This document shows, in pieces, positions 38,803 to 47,166 of a stretch of 64,000 nt of DNA (the stretch's first letter is position 1; every line of letters begins with the position of its first letter). The position numbers and the translations under genes were made by a program. The notes beneath the pieces are model-generated. The model made no database searches. It was not told where the DNA came from and saw nothing but the letters and a program-made list of their open reading frames with translations. Origin of the DNA: Eubacteriales bacterium (GTDB taxonomy: Bacteria > Bacillota > Clostridia > Oscillospirales > CAG-272); NCBI GenBank assembly GCA_045588675.1, contig JAZNER010000016.1, positions 27,488-91,487 on the forward strand. Reading direction: 5' to 3'.

Positions 38803-39174
38803 ATGGCAAACAAATTAGATATGCAAGATAAAATGCGAATTGTGCAAGAGTTGGTCCCGGGACGGCAAATCACTCTTGCTCACATAATCGCCAACCCCGA
38901 CCCCATACTTTATCAGAAACTCGGTCTTGACCCTCGCCTTGACTATGAAAAGGCGGCTATCGGCGTGCTTACCGTAAGCCCCGCCGAAACAGCGGTTATT
39001 ACAGCCGATATTGCTCTCAAATCCTCAGGCGCTGACCTTGGATTTGTAGATAGATTTTCAGGCACGCTTATAATTACAGGCAAGGTTGCAGAGGTTGAGG
39101 CTTCATTTACCGCTATCACCGAGTATTTTGGCAAAACTCTCAATTTCTCGGTTTGTGAAATGACAAGAACCTAA
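38803..39174 (+). CDS. Circularly permuted BMC-H shell protein, EutS/PduU family
   Basis: RIVQELVPGRQITLAHIIANP, AIGVLTVSPAETA, GFVDRFSG and C-terminal TRT. Confidence 0.93.
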   Translation: MANKLDMQDKMRIVQELVPGRQITLAHIIANPDPILYQKLGLDPRLDYEKAAIGVLTVSPAETAVITADIALKSSGADLGFVDRFSGTLIITGKVAEVEASFTAITEYFGKTLNFSVCEMTRT

Positions 39175-39176
39175 AA

Positions 39177-39605
39177 ATGAAAAAGCTGATCTTAATGGGG
39201 CGTGTTGCGGCGGGTAAGACCACGCTGACACAAGCTTTAAAGGGTGAGCAGATTCATTACTGCAAAACCCAATATATAAACTATACAGACACGATTATCG
39301 ATACACCCGGTGAGTACACTGAGGTTCACACCTTGGCAGCCGCTTTGGCAGTTTATTCTTACGAGGCTGATGTTATCGGACTTGTGGTAAGCTCGAATGA
39401 GCCATTTTGCGTATTCCCGCCAAACTGCACTCACCACGTCAACCGAGATGTAATAGGTATTATTACAGGTATCGACAAGCCTGACGGTAATGTCCAAAAG
39501 GCTGAGCGTTGGCTGCGCAACTGCGGCTGCAAAAGGTTATTTTATGTAAGCTCCTATACAAGAGAGGGACTTGATAAAATAATTGACTATTTAAATCAGG
39601 AATAA
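39177..39605 (+). CDS. EutP/PduV family small P-loop protein
   Basis: GRVAAGKTTL, KTQ, IDTPGEY and VIGIITGID; follows EutS/PduU. Confidence 0.93.
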   Translation: MKKLILMGRVAAGKTTLTQALKGEQIHYCKTQYINYTDTIIDTPGEYTEVHTLAAALAVYSYEADVIGLVVSSNEPFCVFPPNCTHHVNRDVIGIITGIDKPDGNVQKAERWLRNCGCKRLFYVSSYTREGLDKIIDYLNQE

Positions 39606-39621
39606 AAGGAGATACAAGGAT

Positions 39622-40413
39622 ATGTCCTCGACAAAAATTATTTGCTTTGCCAATAACAAGGGCGGCAGTGGAAAATCTACTACCTGCGCAAATATTGGCT
39701 ATGCTATGAGCACACTCGGCAAAAAAGTTCTTCTTATCGACTCCGATATGCAGATGAACCTGACTCTCTCGTATTTTGACGACGAGCAGTCGCTTGAAAT
39801 GGCAAAGAGCGGTAAAAATCTCTATACAGGTATTATTGAGCAGAAGGATCTTAGCGAGTACATAGTTCCCACAGCATATGAAAACCTTGATTTAATTCCT
39901 TCCTCAACTCTTATGAGCGGAATTGAATTTCAGCTTTTCTCAAAATGGCAGAGAGAGTTTATTCTCCGTCAGGGGCTCAAGAATATCAAGGAATCGGGCA
40001 AATATGATTTTATCCTGATCGACTCTCCCCCGACACTCGGCTGCTGGGTAATGAATATTATGTGTGCGGCTGATTATTTAATAATTCCCGTTGAGGCGTC
40101 GCCCTGGGGACTTTTCGGACTTGCGAATATGTTTGAATTCTACGAGCAGGTTAAGCTCATTTCTCCTACGATTGAGCTTCTCGGTATTGCCGTTACAAAG
40201 GCAAGCGAGCGCAAAAATTATTTTAAGCAGACAATCGAAACCTTGTCAAGCCTTGATAATGTAAGGCTGTTTAATACAATAATCAGAATTGACAGCACGG
40301 TTGAATGGTCGCAGGACAACAGTAAGCCTGTTATGGCTTACAAGCGAACCAGCCGCGCGGCTCAGGAATATATGGAAATGGCACAGGAGGTTATGAATTA
40401 TGCCGATAGGTAA
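39622..40413 (+). CDS. ParA/MinD-family ATPase (orphan, BMC-operon-encoded)
   Basis: Deviant Walker A KGGSGKST, Walker A' LLIDSDMQMN, Walker B DFILIDSPP; no N-terminal HTH. Confidence 0.92.
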   Translation: MSSTKIICFANNKGGSGKSTTCANIGYAMSTLGKKVLLIDSDMQMNLTLSYFDDEQSLEMAKSGKNLYTGIIEQKDLSEYIVPTAYENLDLIPSSTLMSGIEFQLFSKWQREFILRQGLKNIKESGKYDFILIDSPPTLGCWVMNIMCAADYLIIPVEASPWGLFGLANMFEFYEQVKLISPTIELLGIAVTKASERKNYFKQTIETLSSLDNVRLFNTIIRIDSTVEWSQDNSKPVMAYKRTSRAAQEYMEMAQEVMNYADR

Positions 40414-40780
40414 GGACAGTATCCAAAAAAGAGTAGCAAAAACAGTTGAAGTAAAGGAAAACATTGCACCGGAGCTTGTTGCAACTACTGCTGCGGCGCC
40501 TGCACCTAAAAAGCCCGCGCCAAAGAAAACAGCAGCAAAGTCAACAGCACAGACAAAGTCAACGAAGGCAACTGCAACAAAGAAATCACCCGCCAGCACA
40601 AAAGAAGCGCCTAAAGCTACTAAAAAGGCTGTGGAAAAGCCCGCTGAGGCTAAGCGTGTCGAAACAACAGTTCTTGCAAATGTTGCTCCCGAAACAGTTG
40701 CCGCAGTAATCGGCCACAAGGAAGGCGAAAAGCAGGACAAGGTCAGCATTGGCGGAAAGCTTCCCGTTCACTTGCTTTAA
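40400..40780 (+). CDS. Small Lys/Ala/Thr/Pro-rich disordered protein, candidate ParA partner
   Basis: Strong AGGAGG RBS inside parA, 14-nt overlap; basic N-terminus, low-complexity middle, C-terminal IGGKLPVHLL; followed by a terminator. Confidence 0.75.
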   Translation: MPIGKDSIQKRVAKTVEVKENIAPELVATTAAAPAPKKPAPKKTAAKSTAQTKSTKATATKKSPASTKEAPKATKKAVEKPAEAKRVETTVLANVAPETVAAVIGHKEGEKQDKVSIGGKLPVHLL

Positions 40781-40806
40781 TTCTACTTTAATTCTATACG
40801 AACGCA

Positions 40807-40846
40807 AAAAATCAACCGAGGCCTAAACAAGCTTCGGTTGATTTTT
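40807..40846. terminator. Bidirectional terminator ending the BMC operon
   Basis: AAAAATCAACCGAGGC-CTAAACAA-GCTTCGGTTGATTTTT. Confidence 0.88.
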
Positions 40847-40906
40847 ATATTACTGTTGTTTGTTATATTTTAAATCTTAACTGTTTTTTTATTTAACCGT
40901 TTCATA

Positions 40907-42346
40907 TCAATTTTTCTCTGCGGTGTCGCTCCCACTTAAAAACAAGGCGTCATTTCCTTCTTCTATTTCGGAAATTTTGCCGGTATCGGGCGGTATTAAG
41001 GAATTGCATTTGCCAAATGCATCCTTCCCTATTTTCGTCACTCCGCCAAGCGAAACTCTTTCAAGCGCAGAGCAACCGTAAAAGACAGAAGCCTTGATTT
41101 CACTTACCTTTTGAGGTATATCAATTTCCTTAAGCGATGAGCAGAGGTAAAATGCTTGCATACCTATGCTTTCCAGATGCTCTCCCAAAACAACCTTCTC
41201 TAAGCTGTCACAGCCGAAGAACGCGTCGTCGCCGAGTTCTTTTATCTCGCATAGCAAATCAATCTCTTTAAGTGAGCGACAAGAATAAAAGGCTCTTCTT
41301 CCAATAGACTTGACCGTTTCGGGCAAGTTGATCTCGGTGATATATTTACAGGATGAAAATGCTCTGTCCGCAATACTCTCACAGCCGTCTGTAATATTGA
41401 TTTGCCTTAGAGAGCTTGGCACAAACTCGTCATTGTAATCAGGGCTTTGCGCACCGAAAATATATCCCAAATATTGATTTTGCTCAGTGCCACCGCCGAC
41501 AAAAGACAAGGTAATATTGTTCAGCGACGAGCAATTCAAGAGCGCTCCGTTGGCGATTTCCTTTGCCCCGTCAAGCTTTACAGAGTAAAGCGAGGAGCAA
41601 TACGCGAAGGCGTAATCAAGAATTTTTCCGCCAAGCCCACCAAAGCTTACACAAACCAAATCAAAGCACTCGAAAAACGCAAACTGACCGATTTTGTCTA
41701 TATTTCCTTCAAAGCAGATTGCCGAAAGCATCTTACAGCCTGAGAAGGCGTTGTCTGCGATTTCACGGCAGTCTTGACCGATTATGACCATATCAAGACT
41801 TGACGGAATGTGAACGGCGTTCTCGTCATACCTCTGGGCGCCAAATATATAGCCAAATCCGTGCTCACCCTCGCCGTCACCGACAAAGGGCAGGCGCAGA
41901 GTAGCCAATCCGTCACTGTCTTCAAATGCCGATTTTTCGATTTTTTCTATGCCGTCAGGGATACTGACTGCTCTAATGTTCTTATTTGAAAAGGTATTTG
42001 TGCCGATTATCGCAACTTTTCTGCCGTCAATCTCGCTCGGCACAACGACAATTGTTTCGTTGCCTGTAAAATCAGTTATTCTGACCTTGCCGTCAATAAT
42101 TTCGTACTCAAAGCTTGACGCCTGTGTGACCTCACTCTCTAAAAAGGCAAGCGACATATTTTCAAAATATTCATTATATCTGTCGGCAAGCAGACTTCCC
42201 TCTCCCAAATCCTCAGCAGGAGTAAAGCTGTCAAGCTCTTCTTCTTTTTCGCTCTGCACTGTGTTGTCCTGTGGCTTTGCAATACAAGCCGACAATAATA
42301 TCATCAACACTGCCAGAAATCCTGATAAAATTATTTTAAGCCTCAT
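40907..42346 (-). CDS. BspA-type leucine-rich-repeat lipoprotein
   Basis: Start MRLKIILS (ATG 42346, GAAGGA RBS), lipobox LSAC; repeated IG..AF.GC.SL..I.L units; two LPFVG..GYIFGA insert modules. Confidence 0.85.
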   Translation of the reverse strand: MRLKIILSGFLAVLMILLSACIAKPQDNTVQSEKEEELDSFTPAEDLGEGSLLADRYNEYFENMSLAFLESEVTQASSFEYEIIDGKVRITDFTGNETIVVVPSEIDGRKVAIIGTNTFSNKNIRAVSIPDGIEKIEKSAFEDSDGLATLRLPFVGDGEGEHGFGYIFGAQRYDENAVHIPSSLDMVIIGQDCREIADNAFSGCKMLSAICFEGNIDKIGQFAFFECFDLVCVSFGGLGGKILDYAFAYCSSLYSVKLDGAKEIANGALLNCSSLNNITLSFVGGGTEQNQYLGYIFGAQSPDYNDEFVPSSLRQINITDGCESIADRAFSSCKYITEINLPETVKSIGRRAFYSCRSLKEIDLLCEIKELGDDAFFGCDSLEKVVLGEHLESIGMQAFYLCSSLKEIDIPQKVSEIKASVFYGCSALERVSLGGVTKIGKDAFGKCNSLIPPDTGKISEIEEGNDALFLSGSDTAEKN

Positions 42347-42854
42347 TTGTTTTTCCTTCATTTGTTGTTTCTTGGTTTTTCGTTTGCTCATTAAGTGCCT
42401 CAGCTCTAGCGCCGTGATAAGCTATCATAATAAGCATAGGTATCGCTTGTACAACAAGCCACACTGCTACAACATCAAACAGTGTCTTAATCTCCTCGCC
42501 CTCTTCCTCTAAATCAATCAGCGTCTTATTCATAGCATAGGGCATAAGACAGATATATGTGAACACAGCTAATACGATCAAAGCAATTACTTGCTCTTTA
42601 TGGAAAATGCCCGAGCTTTGCTTTTCAGCGTAAATGCAAGACAGAGCAATAGCAAGTACGATTGCGGGAACGAGCGCAGAGCCGTATCTCAAAACCCATT
42701 TAAGATTTTCCATACTGCCAAGCTCATCAAGCTTCAGAAAGAGCTCTTCAACAAAAAAGCCTCTCAGATAAAGCATAAAGCTCATTATAGCGCACAAAAG
42801 CGCCGATACGGCAATTAACCGCCAGAAGTTAAATGTTTCTTTTTTATGCATCAT
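42336..42854 (-). CDS. Hypothetical membrane protein (about 4 TM)
   Basis: Four hydrophobic segments; overlaps the LRR gene start. Confidence 0.65.
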   Translation of the reverse strand: MMHKKETFNFWRLIAVSALLCAIMSFMLYLRGFFVEELFLKLDELGSMENLKWVLRYGSALVPAIVLAIALSCIYAEKQSSGIFHKEQVIALIVLAVFTYICLMPYAMNKTLIDLEEEGEEIKTLFDVVAVWLVVQAIPMLIMIAYHGARAEALNEQTKNQETTNEGKTNEA

Positions 42855-42956
42855 TATATTTAAAAAATCCTTTGCAACTTTATTGAATTCCCTTGACCTT
42901 TTGGCGAAATATTGCTATAATATAACTACTAAGACAATTTGGAAGAGGTGATTTAA

Positions 42957-43169
42957 ATGCAACAGAAAAAAACAAGCCCCGAGAAAAAACTCAAGCCAAG
43001 CAACTGTGAAAGCTGTGAGTTTTTCGATTATGACGATGAATGGGGCGAATATGTCTGCTCTGTATCTCTTGACGAGGACGAAATGATCGACTTCCTCGGC
43101 AGAAATACAAGCCGTTGCCCATATTACCGCTTTTACGACGAATACAAGAGCGTACAGAAGCAAAATTAG
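42957..43169 (+). CDS. Small Cys-containing acidic protein (DUF6472-like)
   Basis: CESC..YDDE..YVC..LDEDEM..CPYYR.YDEYK pattern; GAGGTG RBS; TTGACC..TATAAT upstream. Confidence 0.7.
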   Translation: MQQKKTSPEKKLKPSNCESCEFFDYDDEWGEYVCSVSLDEDEMIDFLGRNTSRCPYYRFYDEYKSVQKQN

Positions 43170-43589
43170 TTAAATCAAGCTGCTGCCGTCAAATGCCTCA
43201 GGCAAAAGCTCGGATAGCTTTTTAACCTTTGGCTCTTTACCGTCAAATAAAACTATTTCAAAGTCCTTCTTACAGAATTCTGCCATAAACTGTCGGCAAA
43301 TTCCGCAAGGGGGACAATATTTTTGAAGCTCTTTCTCACTTTCCTCGCCCACTATTGCAATTGCCTCAAAATCCTTTTTTCCCTGCATTAATGCAGAAGA
43401 AAATGCCACTCTCTCTGCGCAAATTGTCGCGCCGTAAGAGGAATTTTCAACATTTGCACCAACAAATATCTCTCCGTCAGAGCACAAAAGTGCCGCCCCT
43501 ACACAAAATTTTGAGTAGGGCGAATATGCAAGAGAACGGGCGTTTTCAGCCTTTTCAATCAACAAATCAATAGTTTTTTTATTAATCAT
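43170..43589 (-). CDS. cdd: Cytidine deaminase
   Basis: AYSPYSKF.VGAA, GANVEN, CAER, PCGICRQ and ELLP. Confidence 0.96.
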   Translation of the reverse strand: MINKKTIDLLIEKAENARSLAYSPYSKFCVGAALLCSDGEIFVGANVENSSYGATICAERVAFSSALMQGKKDFEAIAIVGEESEKELQKYCPPCGICRQFMAEFCKKDFEIVLFDGKEPKVKKLSELLPEAFDGSSLI

Positions 43590-43619
43590 TTTTTTATCCT
43601 CGAAAAATAGAATATACGA

Positions 43620-44216
43620 TTAATTATTTTTTACATTTGAGCCTTCAAGGAAATAAGCCGCCTCGGTGTCTGCACAATTGAGGAAAAATCCAAGAGGATA
43701 CATTTCAAGCGCCTTTCCTACATTTCCTGGGTCCTCATTTCCTGAAAATCCCATATGGTAACGAATTGCAAACGCCTCGTCGCGCGTCAATCTCATATAT
43801 CCCGAAGCAATATATACCGATTTCTCTCCATGACCGTAAGGAAGCGAATCCTCAATTGTATAGTAAGGCACAGATTCCCATCTGCCCTCTGCATTCTTTT
43901 GATTTCTAAAGCTTACCTTGTAGAAATTTATCTTGCAGATGTCGTGAAGAAGCGCCGCGATTGCTATACTTTCTTCGCTATATTCAATCCCATAGGTTTC
44001 TTTAATTCTCGGGCGCTTCATTATGTCGCAAAGGCAATCGTAAACATTGAGTGTATGCTCGACCAAGCCGCCCTCGTACGCGCCGTGAAACCTTGTGCTT
44101 GCAGGTGCGGTAAAAAAGTCGCTTCCCTCAGAGCAAAGGTAGTTGAGTAGATTATCTGCTCCTTCTCTTTTAATTTTAGACCTGTAAATTTCAATAAATC
44201 TTTCCTTGTAAGTCAT
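43620..44216 (-). CDS. HD-domain hydrolase
   Basis: Start MTYKERF (AAGGAG RBS); DFFTAPAS..HG..GGLVEH, LLHDICK, GHGEKS and IRYHMG. Confidence 0.85.
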   Translation of the reverse strand: MTYKERFIEIYRSKIKREGADNLLNYLCSEGSDFFTAPASTRFHGAYEGGLVEHTLNVYDCLCDIMKRPRIKETYGIEYSEESIAIAALLHDICKINFYKVSFRNQKNAEGRWESVPYYTIEDSLPYGHGEKSVYIASGYMRLTRDEAFAIRYHMGFSGNEDPGNVGKALEMYPLGFFLNCADTEAAYFLEGSNVKNN

Positions 44217-44332
44217 TTTAAACTCCTTTACGCATATTTTGGCGCAAAAATAATACTTCTTCATTATATATTTTATCAAATAAGCGTCTGTTTGTCAAGC
44301 CTACCGCCGCAAATAACTCTATGTTAAAGCCC

Positions 44333-47047
44333 TTAATAGCCTTGCTTTCCAAAGAGCAATCTCCAAATCACCTTGCGAATAAAATCCGCAGGAAAAACAA
44401 GCAATGCATAAACAAATGTAAACATAAGCTCTGATGCTTTAAGCGGCGCAGTTCGGAGCACTGCCCCTCCAAGATAAACAAAAACAATCTGAATAATCAA
44501 GACCGCTGCCATTATAAATATAAAGGTGCGGTTTTTTGTTATGTTTGAGAAAAGATTAAGCCTATCGGTGCGCGCATTAAAGCAATTAAAGACCGATGCA
44601 AAGATAAAGAGCGCAAAAAACGCGGTCAGCAAATAAATGTTGTCGGGTGCAAAACGAAAGTGAGAAATTATTTCAGGGACCTTTAAAAACGCTATACAAA
44701 GTGCAATTGTAAATCCACCTTGCAGCAAAATCTCTGACACCATATATTTGTTTAATATTGACTCATCTCTGCGCTTTGGCTTTTCTGCCATACAGGACAT
44801 AAGCGCGCCCTCGCCCGCAAAGGCAAGCCCGCCAAGAGTATCCATAATTATATTTATCCAAAGCATCTGAACGACCGTCACAGGCGAGTCCACGCCTAAA
44901 AACGGACAAATCATAGAAACTCCGACCGCGCAAAAATTCATTGTCAATTGAAGAGAAATGAATTTTCTTATGCTTTTGAAAATGTTTCTTCCGTATAAGA
45001 CCGCCTTGACGATTGACGAGAGATTGTTATCAAGAATAATTATATCTCCCGCATCCTTCGCCACCTGAGTACCGCCGCCCATTGAAAAGCCGACATCTGC
45101 CCGCTTGAGCGCAGGCGCGTCGTTAATTCCGTCACCCGTCATTCCGACAACCAAATCAAGCTCCTGTGAGATGCGCACAAGCCTGCTTTTATCGGTTGGT
45201 AATGCTCTTGCAACAACGCCTATTCGGCTCAAGTTCTCCTTGATTTGTATATCTGACATTCGTGCCAGCTCTTCTCCGCTCAGAGATATATCAACTCCGC
45301 CGCCGATTATCCCGCACTTTTTTGCTATATACGTGGCGGTTTCCTTGTTATCCCCCGTAATCATAACGACGTGAATTCCTGCTCGTTGTAGCGCGGCAAC
45401 CGAACCGGCGGCCTCGGGTCTGATTTTATCCTCTAATGTAAGCATACACAAAAGCGTAAATGTGCCAAGACGAGATAGCTCAAGGCTGTCAGAGGTTGTG
45501 TTTTCCGCCTCCGCGACAATTAAAATTCTCTTGCCTTGACTTGTAAGGCTTCTGCAAAGCACCTCAAATTGAGATTTAATAAAATTCCGCTTGTGCCCAT
45601 ACTCGTTGGCAAAAAAGCTTATATAAGGCAAAATCTTTTCGGGTGCGCCCTTTACAAAAATCCGTTTTTTGCCGGAGCGGTTTATTTTAACACAGGAGTA
45701 TTTATTCTCGCTATCAAAGGGTTGCTTTGATACAATTTCAAAGTCCGACGGAATTTTTTCGCTTGCGATTATTGAGCTTAAAATCGCCTTATCGGTTGAA
45801 TTTCCGCCCACCGCTATTAACCTTCCATTGTCATCACAGCTGATTTCACTCGTTGTATTTGCGACAGCATTCAAAGCATAATCAGCAAAAATCGCCTTGC
45901 TTTTCGTAAGCTCAAGTGCATTCTGAAATTCGCGTCCGTCGCCAAGATAAATGCTTCCGACCTCAAGCTTACCCTCAGTCAAGGTTCCTGTTTTATCGGT
46001 AAACAAAATATTCATACTTCCAGCCGCCTCAATTCCGACAGGCTTTACTACAAGAACATTATCCTTGACCATTCTTTTAATGTTAGACGAAAGCACGACC
46101 GCTATCATCATAGGCAAGCCCTCGGGCACGGCAACTACAATTACCGTAAGCCCAAGCGTCAGGGCGTGGAAGAGGCGAGAAAATAAAAAGTCAAAGCTTG
46201 TAAGCTTATACTTGATTATTTCAATATCAAAGGCACTGTCAACCACGAATGTATTGAAAAGATATGCAAGCGCAATCAAAATTGCCGCAATATAACCGAA
46301 AATGCTTATTTGCTTGGCGAGCTTCTGAAGTCTTATGCGAAGGGGACTTTCTCTGGTCTCGCTTTGTATCTCCCGTGAAATTCCGCCAAGAAAGGTTTGG
46401 TCGCCGACGCTTTTCACTTCAAGCAGACCGTTTCCCGAAAGTATAATACAGCCTCGCAAGCAAAAATAAGGGGACGACGGAGTGAAATCTTCTCCGTCAT
46501 CATTTTCTCTTACTCTTTTATATATCTCCCTGCTCTCTCCCGTCATAGCCGATTGGTCAACGCAAAGCTCACCTCGTATCAGAACGGCGTCGGCGGGAAC
46601 TTGCTCTCCCGCTCCAACACTTACAACATCACCGACGACTATCTCGCCAATGTCAAGCTCGCGCAGCTCTCCGTCGCGATATACTCTGCACCTTGTGTCA
46701 ACACTCTGCTCCGACAGACGCTCGAAAGCCTCTGCCGAGCTATATTCGGACAGAGTTGAAATAAGTGTCGCTAAAAAAACAGAAATTGCAATTCCGCCCG
46801 TTTCAAACCAATCTGCCTCTCGGAACATAAACAAAATGTTTATTAAAAGTGCGGCTATGAGAATTCTGATTACAGGATCACCGAGATTTGATATGAACTG
46901 CCCCAAAAAGCTTTTTCTCTTTTTTCTTGTCATTATATTTTTGCCATAAGCGTCAGCAGACGCGCGCGCCTCTTTCGTGCTAAGCCCCAAAAGACTTGTC
47001 TTACTTTCATTATTGCTCTTTTTTTGTACGCTGATTATATCTACCAC
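44333..47047 (-). CDS. Calcium-translocating P-type ATPase
   Basis: TGES, VPEGLP, DKTGT, KGAPE, TGD and GDGINDAPAL motifs. Confidence 0.93.
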   Translation of the reverse strand: MVDIISVQKKSNNESKTSLLGLSTKEARASADAYGKNIMTRKKRKSFLGQFISNLGDPVIRILIAALLINILFMFREADWFETGGIAISVFLATLISTLSEYSSAEAFERLSEQSVDTRCRVYRDGELRELDIGEIVVGDVVSVGAGEQVPADAVLIRGELCVDQSAMTGESREIYKRVRENDDGEDFTPSSPYFCLRGCIILSGNGLLEVKSVGDQTFLGGISREIQSETRESPLRIRLQKLAKQISIFGYIAAILIALAYLFNTFVVDSAFDIEIIKYKLTSFDFLFSRLFHALTLGLTVIVVAVPEGLPMMIAVVLSSNIKRMVKDNVLVVKPVGIEAAGSMNILFTDKTGTLTEGKLEVGSIYLGDGREFQNALELTKSKAIFADYALNAVANTTSEISCDDNGRLIAVGGNSTDKAILSSIIASEKIPSDFEIVSKQPFDSENKYSCVKINRSGKKRIFVKGAPEKILPYISFFANEYGHKRNFIKSQFEVLCRSLTSQGKRILIVAEAENTTSDSLELSRLGTFTLLCMLTLEDKIRPEAAGSVAALQRAGIHVVMITGDNKETATYIAKKCGIIGGGVDISLSGEELARMSDIQIKENLSRIGVVARALPTDKSRLVRISQELDLVVGMTGDGINDAPALKRADVGFSMGGGTQVAKDAGDIIILDNNLSSIVKAVLYGRNIFKSIRKFISLQLTMNFCAVGVSMICPFLGVDSPVTVVQMLWINIIMDTLGGLAFAGEGALMSCMAEKPKRRDESILNKYMVSEILLQGGFTIALCIAFLKVPEIISHFRFAPDNIYLLTAFFALFIFASVFNCFNARTDRLNLFSNITKNRTFIFIMAAVLIIQIVFVYLGGAVLRTAPLKASELMFTFVYALLVFPADFIRKVIWRLLFGKQGY

Positions 47048-47101
47048 TCCTCTTTTTTCCTTTGGATAAATATATGCAGCACAACTGTCTTTTTAATACA
47101 T

Positions 47102-47131
47102 AAAAAGCAGACGAAAAAATTCGTCTGCTTT
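47102..47131 (-). terminator. Intrinsic terminator after citrate synthase
   Basis: AAAGCAGACGAA-AAAA-TTCGTCTGCTTT. Confidence 0.8.
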
Positions 47132-47166
47132 GATTTTTAGTATTCAATTGGAAAAAGGACTATGTC

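Noticed and set aside
25760-39605. The microcompartment metabolic core as a new BMC type
   Set aside because: Gene content matches the known fucose/rhamnose glycyl-radical microcompartments of Clostridia, including PduS/PduT and a short activase; only the accessory features are flagged.
39622-40413. ParA as a chromosome/plasmid partition gene or sign of an integrated element
   Set aside because: No ParB-like gene, replication gene or integrase nearby; it is tightly spaced within the BMC operon and shares its terminator.
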